Below are positions 30,099 to 37,296 of a stretch of 64,000 nt of DNA, one piece after another (positions within the stretch are counted from its first letter, which is position 1; each line of letters opens with the position of its first letter). The stretch spans positions 191,629 through 255,628 of the forward strand of contig OY969691.1 of NCBI GenBank assembly GCA_963701985.1. The letters are read 5' to 3'. The notes beneath the pieces were generated by a model that saw only the letters and a list, made by a program, of their open reading frames with translations, had not been told where the DNA came from and did not search any database. The position numbers were made by a program, and so were the translations under genes. Source of the DNA: an uncultured Coriobacteriia bacterium. GTDB lineage: Bacteria; Actinomycetota; Coriobacteriia; Anaerosomatales; PALSA-660.

Positions 30099-30761
30099 AT
30101 GCGAAAGCTTGGGGTCTTAGGAATCGCGCTCGTGGGAGTCTTGCTCCTCATCACCTCTGTGGGCTTCTACTGGCTCCCGATCAGCGTCATCTTCGCCGAC
30201 ATGGGCAGCTATCCTAAGCTGCTCGCCGTGTTTCTCGCGGCTCTTCCTTTCCTTGTCTGTGTCGCCGGAGGTCTCTTCCTGCTGAACCGACGCGACTCTC
30301 TTGCCGAACGATGGTTCCCGGTGTCGGAGTCGCCTTTTGTACTCGCCTCTGACGACCTGCTGCGTGTGGGCCTCGTTCTCATTGGCGCGTACCTGTTCGC
30401 CGAAGCGATTCCCTCGCTCGTCAGCCAACTGACGAGTCCCATCGTCCAGATCGTCCAAATCAACGCACAGGTCGATGCTGGTCTTGGCGCGCCGGATGTC
30501 TGGAGCCAGCTGCTCACCGCCACGCCGAGCATTCTCGCCACCGTCGCGAGACTCGGGATCGGGTGGTTCCTCGTTGCGCGTTCAGGCCGGATCGCGGCGC
30601 GGTTGATCGGCGATTCGTCACCGGTTCAGGGGTCGCCGAACTCAGCGGTCTTGGCTTGCCCGACCTGTGGAGCACCATATGACCTGTCCGAGTACGAGGG
30701 TGGCCTGGTTGAGCCGAGGTGCGCGACGTGCAAGCAGCCACTCGACGTCCCACACGCCTAA
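30099..30761 (+). CDS. Cassette 3: four-TM membrane protein with a C-terminal zinc-ribbon (paralogue family with cassettes 7 and 8)
   Basis: MRKLGVLGIALVG... aligns with the N-termini of 32663 and 33343. LAERWF corresponds to LAEQWFED in the paralogues. The C-terminus reads CPTCGAPYD...CATCKQP. ATG 30090 is an alternative start. Confidence 0.6.
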   Translation: MRKLGVLGIALVGVLLLITSVGFYWLPISVIFADMGSYPKLLAVFLAALPFLVCVAGGLFLLNRRDSLAERWFPVSESPFVLASDDLLRVGLVLIGAYLFAEAIPSLVSQLTSPIVQIVQINAQVDAGLGAPDVWSQLLTATPSILATVARLGIGWFLVARSGRIAARLIGDSSPVQGSPNSAVLACPTCGAPYDLSEYEGGLVEPRCATCKQPLDVPHA

Positions 30762-30765
30762 CAAT

Positions 30766-30826
30766 GGTTCCAACTTCGCGCACAATGGAAGTGGACCAGC
30801 GGTGGGTCGAGCGCAGGACGTCGGGC
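30766..30826 (+). repeat. attC-like repeat, copy D (degenerate, 5' arm shortened)
   Basis: GGTTCCAAC-TTCGCGCACAATGGAAGTGG...GAGCGCAGGACGTCGGG. It keeps CAAC, GCGCACAATGG and GCGCAGG but lacks part of the 5' arm. Confidence 0.55.
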
Positions 30827-30836
30827 AGGGGGCACG

Positions 30837-31256
30837 ATGGGAACAGACGCGGCCACAACTTCCTGGATAGTCAGGCTCATTGGAATCTATGTCGGTATCT
30901 ACGCTGCGGTGTGCGCCGTCGGAGGAGTGCTCGGCATCCAAGCGGCCGGAACTGCCGGACTCGTGATGAGTCTGGCGCTGCTCGTGGTTTCCATCGGCCT
31001 GTTGAGCGGCGCCATCGGGTTGGTCTTGCTCAAAGCCTGGTCCCGATGGGTGGCAGTCGGGTCGCTGATCGCGCTCATAGCGGTGAAGGCCGCCCCATAC
31101 CTGCCGACACTGGCAGGTCTGGGGTTTCCCAAGGGCTTCGTGGCGTTGGCCGTGCTTGCGCCGGCCCTCGCTCTGCCCGCGATCTGCTGTGCATACCTCG
31201 CTTTCGCGAAGCTGGATGTCCTGCGGGCGGCGCCGACCGAGGATCGAGCAGCCTAG
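30837..31256 (+). CDS. Cassette 4: four-TM membrane protein
   Basis: 139-aa ORF with CAGGGGG upstream of the ATG. Hydrophobic throughout. No family recognised. Confidence 0.55.
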   Translation: MGTDAATTSWIVRLIGIYVGIYAAVCAVGGVLGIQAAGTAGLVMSLALLVVSIGLLSGAIGLVLLKAWSRWVAVGSLIALIAVKAAPYLPTLAGLGFPKGFVALAVLAPALALPAICCAYLAFAKLDVLRAAPTEDRAA

Positions 31257-31303
31257 CCCCGGCTGACGACCCTTCGGTGCCGGCGGTTCTCGGATCATGA
31301 CCG

Positions 31304-31378
31304 GCGCGCCAACCTGACGCACCGGAGCGCGCGCATAATGCGGGGAGCAGGCGGCCGGCTTGCGCGCGAGACGTCGGG
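31304..31378 (+). repeat. attC-like repeat, copy E
   Basis: GCGCGC[C]AACCTGACGCACCGGAGCGCGCGCATAATGCGGGGAGCAGG...GGCTTGCGCGCGAGACGTCGGG. The outer stem GCGCGC[C]AA/TTGCGCGC covaries relative to copy A. Confidence 0.65.
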
Positions 31379-31472
31379 TCTGAAGACGCGGCGCTTGAGG
31401 CGGCCGGGCCTGGTCGTCGCCAGGCTCGTCGCCTCGCGTTGCGCGGTACACGTCAGGTAGAGAGAAAGGGTC

Positions 31473-32048
31473 GTGCTCGTGCTTCTCGTTATCCGTTATT
31501 GGGTCTTGCCGGTATCCGCACTGACGTGCGGCGTGTCCTGGGCCGTGATCCGATCGGCCATGCGCGTGCCGGTGCGACGGGCCGCGCTGGAGGCGCTCTT
31601 CGTCGGATATCTGGCCGCGCTGTTCTACGTGGTCTTCTTGCTGCCGAGTGGCCCGAGACCCGATGCCGCGTTGTCCGCTTGGACTTCGGTCAACCTCGTG
31701 CCAGTGCGCACCATCATCGGGATCATCCGGGACAACCCCCGCATGATCGGCTGGCAGATCTTCGGCAATGTGATCCTGTTCATGCCGCTCGGCTTCCTTC
31801 TGCCGGTGCTCAGCACGCGCTTCCGGCGGTTCGCCCTGACAGCGGCCACGGCGCTCTCCGTGTCAGTGAGCATCGAACTCGTCCAACTCGCGATGCTGCT
31901 CATGCTGATCGCACGCAGGTCGGTCGACGTCGACGACGTCATCCTCAACGTGACCGGGGCCTGCGTGGGCTATCTCATCTGGCGGGGCGCGCATGCTCTT
32001 GAGCAGACCTCTGGGCAAGGTCCGGGAGTGCTCGAAGACGCCGACTAG
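31473..32048 (+). CDS. Cassette 5: VanZ-like family membrane protein
   Basis: Contains NLVPVRTI...FGNVILFMPLGFLLP...SVSIELVQL...RRSVDVDDVILNVTGACVGYLIW, the VanZ-like signature. AGAGAAAGGG precedes the GTG. Confidence 0.75.
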   Translation: MLVLLVIRYWVLPVSALTCGVSWAVIRSAMRVPVRRAALEALFVGYLAALFYVVFLLPSGPRPDAALSAWTSVNLVPVRTIIGIIRDNPRMIGWQIFGNVILFMPLGFLLPVLSTRFRRFALTAATALSVSVSIELVQLAMLLMLIARRSVDVDDVILNVTGACVGYLIWRGAHALEQTSGQGPGVLEDAD

Positions 32049-32070
32049 CCTCAGGCGCCTTCCCAAGAAG

Positions 32071-32135
32071 GTCCTTCAACCTCATGAGACCACGTGCGCA
32101 TAATGCGAGGTAGGCGCGCCGCGCAGGCTAAGCGC
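32071..32135 (+). repeat. attC-like repeat, copy F
   Basis: GTCCTT[C]AACCTC...GTGCGCATAATGCGAGGTAGGCGCGCCGCGCAGGCTAAGCGC, with GTTGGAT 8 nt downstream. Confidence 0.7.
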
Positions 32136-32179
32136 CGAGTGTTGGATCGAAGAGTCTCACTCCTAGAATCGGAGGACTC

Positions 32180-32449
32180 GTGGATCTCGCCAAGATGCTG
32201 ATCGTCTCCTTCATCTGCTGCGCGCCTCTGTTCCTGATCCTGGTCATCGTCGCGATCGTTGTCGCGGTCACGCGCTCCAGGCGGAAGGCTGATGAAGCGT
32301 CCGAGCCGTCGGCGGAACAGCAGGCGTCTGCGCCGGCTGGCTGGTATCCGGATCCGATGGCACGTCACGAGTACAGGCAGTGGGATGGCACGCAGTGGAC
32401 GGCGGCCGTCTCGGACAACGGCGTCGTCGGCAGCGATCCTCCGTCGTAG
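32180..32449 (+). CDS. Cassette 6: small membrane-anchored DUF2510-like protein
   Basis: N-terminal TM helix followed by PAGWYPDPMARHEYRQWDGTQWT (the DUF2510 GWYPDP motif). GGAGGA precedes the GTG. Confidence 0.65.
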   Translation: MDLAKMLIVSFICCAPLFLILVIVAIVVAVTRSRRKADEASEPSAEQQASAPAGWYPDPMARHEYRQWDGTQWTAAVSDNGVVGSDPPS

Positions 32450-32650
32450 GCGCAGCATCGCGGCCGCACGTTGGACCGGATCGAGGGGTTCAGCGGATGA
32501 GGCGGATCGGCGCAGGCTTCGCGACGACGATCGCTCAGGGTGTGGCGCGCGAGCGCGCATACTGGTGGGGGATAGGCGCGCAGGTTAGGCACCACGCGTT
32601 GACCGCGATCGCCGGGTTCTTCCGGTAGGCGCAACACGTTCGGCGCGACT
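32450..32650 (+). repeat. Composite of at least three partial attC-like repeat copies (region G)
   Basis: Three 3'-arm fragments are visible: GGCGCAG...GCACGTTGGAC; ATCGGCGCAGGCTTCGCG; and a full centre plus 3' arm, GCGCGCATACTGGTGGGGGATAGGCGCGCAGGTTAGGCACC (canonical GTTAGGC at 32584-32590). TAGGCGCAACACGTTCGG follows. No intact 5' CAAC arm is present. Confidence 0.65.
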
Positions 32651-32662
32651 CAAGGGGGAGTT

Positions 32663-33235
32663 GTGAGAAAGGTCGGCGTGCTCAGCATTGCGCTTGCAGG
32701 GTTGCTGACCCTCGGTTCGGCTGCCTTCACCTTGAGCGTGGCGATCGCCTACCTTGATACAGCTGTGACCGGCTCTTCAGCATGGCCGCTCGTAGTAGCG
32801 ATGTTGCTGGTGATTCCTGTTGTCCTGCTGGCCGCAGTTGGGCGTTGGCTGATCGTCCACCGTGAGCGCTTGGCCGAGCAGTGGTTCGAGGATGGCGTTC
32901 CGCCAGACGTCGCATTGGGCGCCACCGCGCTGACGGGGGCGCTGCTGGGCCTTGCTGGTATCTGGCTCTCCGTTAACGGCGTCGGCGGCCTGTTCGTCAC
33001 CGCGGCCGATGCGGTCCGGTACCTTCAGCAGTCGCAGGCACCGTTCGGTGCGAGCCCCGAGGCAGAGGTGATCCGGCAGGTTCTGCACATCCAGAAGCTG
33101 TCCGCTCGCATGGTGCTGCAGGCGTTCGCGTTGCAAGCACCCGGCTTCACCTCAGATCTTGTGAGGCTCGGCCTTGGACTCATCGTGCTCCTCAGGCGCA
33201 CATCCATCGCCGGATGGCTCACGCGGTGCAGGTGA
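32663..33235 (+). CDS. Cassette 7: four-TM membrane protein, paralogue of 33343 and 30099
   Basis: 190 aa. MRKVGVLSIALAG...WPLVVAMLLVIPVVLLAAVGRWLIVHRERLAEQWFED...RRTSIAGWLTR aligns along its length with cassette 8. Confidence 0.65.
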   Translation: MRKVGVLSIALAGLLTLGSAAFTLSVAIAYLDTAVTGSSAWPLVVAMLLVIPVVLLAAVGRWLIVHRERLAEQWFEDGVPPDVALGATALTGALLGLAGIWLSVNGVGGLFVTAADAVRYLQQSQAPFGASPEAEVIRQVLHIQKLSARMVLQAFALQAPGFTSDLVRLGLGLIVLLRRTSIAGWLTRCR

Positions 33236-33247
33236 TGGCGCCTGATA

Positions 33248-33323
33248 GCGCGTCGAGCCGACGCGACTTGGAAGGCGCACAATGTGGGGGAGTCGGGGCG
33301 CCATGTGCGCACCGACCGTTGGG
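33248..33323 (+). repeat. attC-like repeat, copy H (both core ends degenerate)
   Basis: GCGCGTCGAGCCGACGCG...AGGCGCACAATGTGGGGGAGTCGGGGCGCCATGTGCGCACCGACCGTTGGGC. The centre is nearly identical to copy B, but CAAC and GTTAAGC are lost. Confidence 0.6.
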
Positions 33324-33342
33324 CGCCGATCGAGGGGGAGCG

Positions 33343-33927
33343 GTGAGGAAGCTCGGCGTGCTCGGCATCACGATCGTAGGGTTGATGATTCTGGCCTCGG
33401 CTGGCGTCACCTTGATGTTGCCGCTCATCCTGATCGGCGAGATCGTCAATGGCTCTTCACCATGGCCGCTGGTCGTGGTCGCGATTCTGCTTGGGACGAT
33501 TCCGTTCGCCTTGTTGGTAGCACTGGGCCGCTGGTTGATCGTCCACCGCCAGTGTTTGGCCGAGCAGTGGTTCGAGGATGACGATTCGCTGGACGTCGCA
33601 TTCGGGGGCACCGCGCTGATCGGGGCGCTGCTCGGCGTCGCCGGTGTCTGGCTCACTGTCAACGGCATCAGCGGTGTGTTCGGCGATGTGGCAGGCGCGA
33701 TCCAACAGGTTCCGCAGGCCCAGAGGACATTCGGTCACATGATGCTGCGGGCGTTCGTCTGGCAAGCACCTGCCTTCATTTCAACCCTGGTTACGCTCGG
33801 ATTTGGACTGCTTCTGCTCTTCAGGCGCACATCCATCGCCGGGTGGCTCACGCGCGGTGAAGGTGGTGGCTCCCAAGAAGGCCCTCAGCTCGATGCTCGC
33901 GAGCACGCGCCTGCTATCGGGGAGTAG
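33343..33927 (+). CDS. Cassette 8: four-TM membrane protein, paralogue of 32663
   Basis: GTG 33343 follows GAGGGGGAG, inside track ORF 33214..33927. VRKLGVLGITIVG...WPLVVVAILLG...GRWLIVHRQCLAEQWFED...RRTSIAGWLTR. Confidence 0.65.
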   Translation: MRKLGVLGITIVGLMILASAGVTLMLPLILIGEIVNGSSPWPLVVVAILLGTIPFALLVALGRWLIVHRQCLAEQWFEDDDSLDVAFGGTALIGALLGVAGVWLTVNGISGVFGDVAGAIQQVPQAQRTFGHMMLRAFVWQAPAFISTLVTLGFGLLLLFRRTSIAGWLTRGEGGGSQEGPQLDAREHAPAIGE

Positions 33928-33941
33928 ACGCGTGAGCAGTA

Positions 33942-34002
33942 GTGCTTCCAGCGATGCGAAGGGGGCACGCTGCGCGGCCTGACCGAGAGCTCCATTCGGC
34001 GG
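33942..34002 (+). repeat. attC-like repeat, copy I (strongly degenerate)
   Basis: GTGCTTCCAGCGATGCGAAGGGGGCACGCTGCGCGG...CCATTCGGCGG. It shares GCTTCCAGCG with copy C and CATTCGG with copy B. Confidence 0.35.
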
Positions 34003-34015
34003 TCCGGTCGGTGGC

Positions 34016-34180
34016 ATGATGGGCGGGGCGGCCGTTGGATCGTTGCTGCTCTTCGGTCTCGTCCTTCCATCGGCCTTACTGCTCAACGCGTTGAATCCGT
34101 TCGGTCTGTCCTTCGGACCGGGCTTGCTTGAGCCGTTCTGGACCGCGGTCGCGGCTGCGGTGTTATCCCGGCCAGCCTAG
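34016..34180 (+). CDS. Cassette 9 (tentative): 54-aa hydrophobic peptide
   Basis: Read by hand and not in the ORF track (under 60 aa): MMGGAAVGSLLLFGLVLPSALLLNALNPFGLSFGPGLLEPFWTAVAAAVLSRPA. It fills the gap between repeats I and J. Confidence 0.3.
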   Translation: MMGGAAVGSLLLFGLVLPSALLLNALNPFGLSFGPGLLEPFWTAVAAAVLSRPA

Positions 34181-34240
34181 CGTCATGCCGCAGTGAACAC
34201 GTGCGTATCGAGCAGAACCCGGGAGCTACACTGGTCTTCG

Positions 34241-34300
34241 AGCGCGCGGCGTGTGCGGTGCGCGCAATGTTGGGGCTGGTGCAGGTGAGCGGCACGACCC
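34241..34300 (+). repeat. attC-like repeat, copy J (centre plus 3' arm)
   Basis: GTGCGCGCAATGTTGGGGCTGGTGCAGGTGAGCGGCAC compares with the consensus GCGCACAATGGTGGGGGAATCGGCGTGCAGGTTAAGCGC. Confidence 0.55.
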
Positions 34301-34330
34301 ATGCAACGGCGCGTGGAGGCTGGTGGATGA

Positions 34331-34876
34331 GTGTACGGCGTTACTGCCAAGCGGCTGGGCGTACTCGTCCTCGTGATCGCCGCGGCTAGGCTTGCCGAGA
34401 ACTTGAGCGTCGTGTGGCTGCTTCCCAACACGCTCATCGCGGGCGCTCTCGTGGCACTCGCCCTGCTCAACGCCTGGCTGCTGTACCGCTTCGGATCGGT
34501 TGCATCGGGCACTCCCGCGGAGTCGCTGTTCACAGCCGCGATTGTTTCGATCTTCGTCGTCCCGATCGCAGAAATTGCTCTCGGTGAGATCGGTTCTCCT
34601 TGGCTTCCCGCGATTCTTTCCGCGGTGCCGGCGTTGCTGATGTGGGCGGGCCTGCTTCGGGCTCGTTGGGTCGCGCCGTGGATCCCATGGCTCGGAGTGG
34701 GCTCGGCGGTGTTCGCCGCAGCCGCAAGCTCCCTTCACGGCGTCTTGCCGAATGTTCTGGGCCAGGGACTCGCTTGGCTCGAGTATGCTTGGGCGATCCT
34801 GGTCCTAGTTTCCCTGGGACGCTCTCTCTTAGGGCTCTCCGATCGAGCAGGTCCGGACACCGCTCCCGCGAGCTAG
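34331..34876 (+). CDS. Cassette 10: polytopic membrane protein
   Basis: 181 aa with five to six hydrophobic helices. The N-terminus AKRLGVLVLVIAAA weakly echoes the MRKLGVLGIAL family. GGAGG precedes the GTG. Confidence 0.55.
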   Translation: MYGVTAKRLGVLVLVIAAARLAENLSVVWLLPNTLIAGALVALALLNAWLLYRFGSVASGTPAESLFTAAIVSIFVVPIAEIALGEIGSPWLPAILSAVPALLMWAGLLRARWVAPWIPWLGVGSAVFAAAASSLHGVLPNVLGQGLAWLEYAWAILVLVSLGRSLLGLSDRAGPDTAPAS

Positions 34877-34900
34877 GACGCGCCGGCAAGCCTGCCTGAG

Positions 34901-35100
34901 CGGTTCAACCTGGCGCGCCAAAGCGCGCGCATGCCGATGTCGGAGGCCGCATCCGCCCGGATGGCGCCCTTAGGCACCGGCGCGGGCGCGCCGCAGGCCG
35001 TGTTCTGCTCGCGCTCGGGATCGCGCTCATCGTGCCGGCGCGTGTCGTGATGCGGCCAGCGCCGCGATGACGGGGGATGGGCGCGCAGGTCACGCGCGCC
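34901..35100 (+). repeat. attC-like repeat, copy K (terminal copy, split by about 135 nt in the loop)
   Basis: The 5' half is CGGTTCAACCTGGCGCGCCAAAGCGCGCGCATGCC (34901-34935). The 3' half is GGGGGATGGGCGCGCAGGTCACGCGCGCC (35072-35100). An internal CCTTAGGCACC lies at about 34968. Confidence 0.6.
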
Positions 35101-35119
35101 ACGGCTCCGGAGAAACGAC

Positions 35120-35140
35120 GAGGTCAGGACCCCTGACCTC
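35120..35140 (+). other. Perfect 9-bp hairpin closing the cassette array
   Basis: gaggtcagg-acc-cctgacctc. There is no U-tract on the + strand and only a weak one (gtcgtttctcc) on the - strand. Function unknown. Confidence 0.3.
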
Positions 35141-35220
35141 TACTGACACCATACCACGATCCGGCCGAAAGAACGAGTCCTGTATTCGCCGCGCGAGGGG
35201 CGTATAACACCGTATCCGAG

Positions 35221-35820
35221 GTGATGTTCGTGATCGTTCCATCGTGGCACGACCCTGCCCGGATCCGGCTCGCGAAGGCCGTCGACGAACTCGGATCCTG
35301 CAACCATGAGATCGAGCGCTACGGCCTGTCGCTCGCGATCCAGGACATCCAGGCCCTGGTCGCGGGCCGGCTCGAGTCGCTCGAGTCGAGCGACCGCGTC
35401 GAGTTCGGCGGCAGCGGTGTGGTCAGGGAGATCGTCCTGGCGTTCGCCGGTTCGCCCTTCGTGTCGCAGGAGAATCTCGTGCCGACGCTGCTCGAGCTCC
35501 AAGAGCTCTTCTACGAGTTCAAGAACGAGTCGCTCGAGCAGATCCCCGACGACGACCTGATCGTGAAGATGCGGTCGCTCTTCGACGACCCCGCGCAAGG
35601 GGACCTCGGCTACCTCGAGGAGGCGCTCTTCGATGGCCTCGCGCGCCGCGTCCGCGAGGAGGCTGCCGGATCGATCGCCGAGGACGATGCGGCCGACCCC
35701 GACGCCGACCGCGCCGCCGGCGACGCGGCGAGGCTCGCGCAACACCGCTTCGACGTGTCGAGCTGGGTCGACGACGCATACGCACCGGGTTGGGAGGGTT
35801 CGAGCTGGCTGGACGAGTAG
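35221..35820 (+). CDS. Conserved hypothetical protein (acidic; first gene of a pair)
   Basis: 199-aa ORF with coding-like composition. ...RVEFGGSGVVREIVLAFAGSPFVSQENLVPTLLELQELFYEFKNES... resembles an uncharacterised family I recall from Firmicutes. The family name is not asserted. Confidence 0.6.
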   Translation: MMFVIVPSWHDPARIRLAKAVDELGSCNHEIERYGLSLAIQDIQALVAGRLESLESSDRVEFGGSGVVREIVLAFAGSPFVSQENLVPTLLELQELFYEFKNESLEQIPDDDLIVKMRSLFDDPAQGDLGYLEEALFDGLARRVREEAAGSIAEDDAADPDADRAAGDAARLAQHRFDVSSWVDDAYAPGWEGSSWLDE

Positions 35821-35831
35821 AGGAGCGGGGC

Positions 35832-36740
35832 GTGCCCGATGAGGACGCGCTGGCCCGGGCCGAGTCGCCGGATGCGGGCCAGGGGCTCGTGACACCCGGG
35901 GACATCGCCGCGTTCCAAGCACGGCTCCTGCGCCTGCTCGAGCGGCGCACCGCCATCTACGCGATGGGTGACAGTACGTCCGTCCCCACGCACGTCGCGG
36001 TCGACCTGTTGCGCTCGGTCTGCTTCGTGCTGGGCATCGATCCCGACGCGCCGGAGATCCCGCCCCGGCTGCTCGACGTCGACCTGGAAGACGAGTACCG
36101 GCGCCGACTCGCCGAGATCGAGCACAAGGTCGAGCTGACCGGTGAGCTCTGGCGCGAGGTGGTCGCGACGATCCCGCCGATTCCGAGCATCGCGCTGCGG
36201 GACACGCTCATCGCCATCGGAGACTTCCCGCGGCACTACGACTTCCGCTCGATGGCGCACGACATCCCCATCGTGTTCGACTACCCGCTCTGCCGGCCGG
36301 TGCCGGAGACGCTTCTGGGTGTGGACTACATCAACGAGTACCTGAGGCGGCTGTTCGTGGAAGCCGACTTCCTGCGGCGCTTCGACGTCGACAGGTGCAT
36401 CCGCGTGCTCGAGCACAGCAGCCCGGACTTCGAGGACCTGCTCGTGAACCTCTACGAGCCGGTCGCGACGAACGCGCTCGGACGGGCGCTTGTCGGCAAG
36501 GATCCCGGCCCGTTGCGGATCTCCGGGGACGAGCGCGCCGAGATCGCGGCGCGCTTGGCACCGTTGGCAGCGGAGCAGCGAGAGCACGCGATGCGCGAGG
36601 CCGTCCTAGCCGCGTGTGACTCCTTCGGCATCGACGACGATGACGCCGTACAGTACGTGTGCGCGTTGGTGCCCGAACTGTTGCCGCGCATCGACGTCGC
36701 GCTGGAGCGGGGCGACCTGCGGGCCGTGTTCGTGGACTGA
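35832..36740 (+). CDS. Conserved hypothetical protein (second gene of the pair)
   Basis: GTG 35832 follows GAGGAGCGGGG, inside track ORF 35790..36740. 302 aa, no motif recognised. Confidence 0.6.
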   Translation: MPDEDALARAESPDAGQGLVTPGDIAAFQARLLRLLERRTAIYAMGDSTSVPTHVAVDLLRSVCFVLGIDPDAPEIPPRLLDVDLEDEYRRRLAEIEHKVELTGELWREVVATIPPIPSIALRDTLIAIGDFPRHYDFRSMAHDIPIVFDYPLCRPVPETLLGVDYINEYLRRLFVEADFLRRFDVDRCIRVLEHSSPDFEDLLVNLYEPVATNALGRALVGKDPGPLRISGDERAEIAARLAPLAAEQREHAMREAVLAACDSFGIDDDDAVQYVCALVPELLPRIDVALERGDLRAVFVD

Positions 36741-36774
36741 GCGTCGGCGGCGGCCGACACGAGAGCGGGGGAGC

Positions 36775-37224
36775 ATGCTGGCCGGCGATCTCGAGTCCTA
36801 CCTGCACGAACACATCCCGCTCTCCGCGGCGATGGGTGCGACGGTCGTGCGCGCGGACGCTTGCGGCGTGGAGCTCGCCGCACCGCTGGCTCCCAACATC
36901 AACCATCGCGATACCGTGTTCGGGGGGAGCGCCTCGGCGCTCGCGATCCTGGCCGCCTGGTCGCTCGTTCACGTCCGGCTGCTGGAGGCGGGGCTCGACT
37001 GCCGCATCGTCATCCAGCGCGAACAGGTCCAGTACGCCGCACCCATGCTCGGAGACTTCGGCGCGCGCTCCCGACTGACCGATCCGGGTGCGTGGGATCG
37101 CTTCCTCCTGACGCTGGGGCGTCGCGGACGTGCGCGGACGTCGGTGTCCTGCTCGCTCGTCAGCGGGGACGTCGAATGCGGGCGCTTCGAGGGGACCTTC
37201 GTGGCGATCGACACGACGAGATGA
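36775..37224 (+). CDS. Hotdog-fold thioesterase-like protein (YiiD C-terminal domain type)
   Basis: ATG 36775 lies inside track ORF 36616..37224. ...HIPLSAAMGATVVRADACGVELAAPLAPNINHRDTVFGGSASALAILAAW... is typical of the putative-thioesterase hotdog domain. Confidence 0.65.
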   Translation: MLAGDLESYLHEHIPLSAAMGATVVRADACGVELAAPLAPNINHRDTVFGGSASALAILAAWSLVHVRLLEAGLDCRIVIQREQVQYAAPMLGDFGARSRLTDPGAWDRFLLTLGRRGRARTSVSCSLVSGDVECGRFEGTFVAIDTTR

Positions 37225-37296
37225 GGCCCGCCTGCGCGCGACTCGTCGAAGCCTGTTGCGGGCATGGATGGACCAGCATGCGAAAGGGGCGGTGAG

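Noticed and set aside
34905-35102. 65-aa minus-strand ORF inside the split terminal repeat
   Set aside because: Arg/Pro/Ala-rich, with no RBS. It is fully explained by the GC-rich repeat sequence.
28850-35140. The regularly spaced repeats as a CRISPR array
   Set aside because: The repeats are about 65 bp, imperfect and internally palindromic. The 'spacers' are 300-700 bp and contain ORFs with ribosome-binding sites. No cas genes are present.
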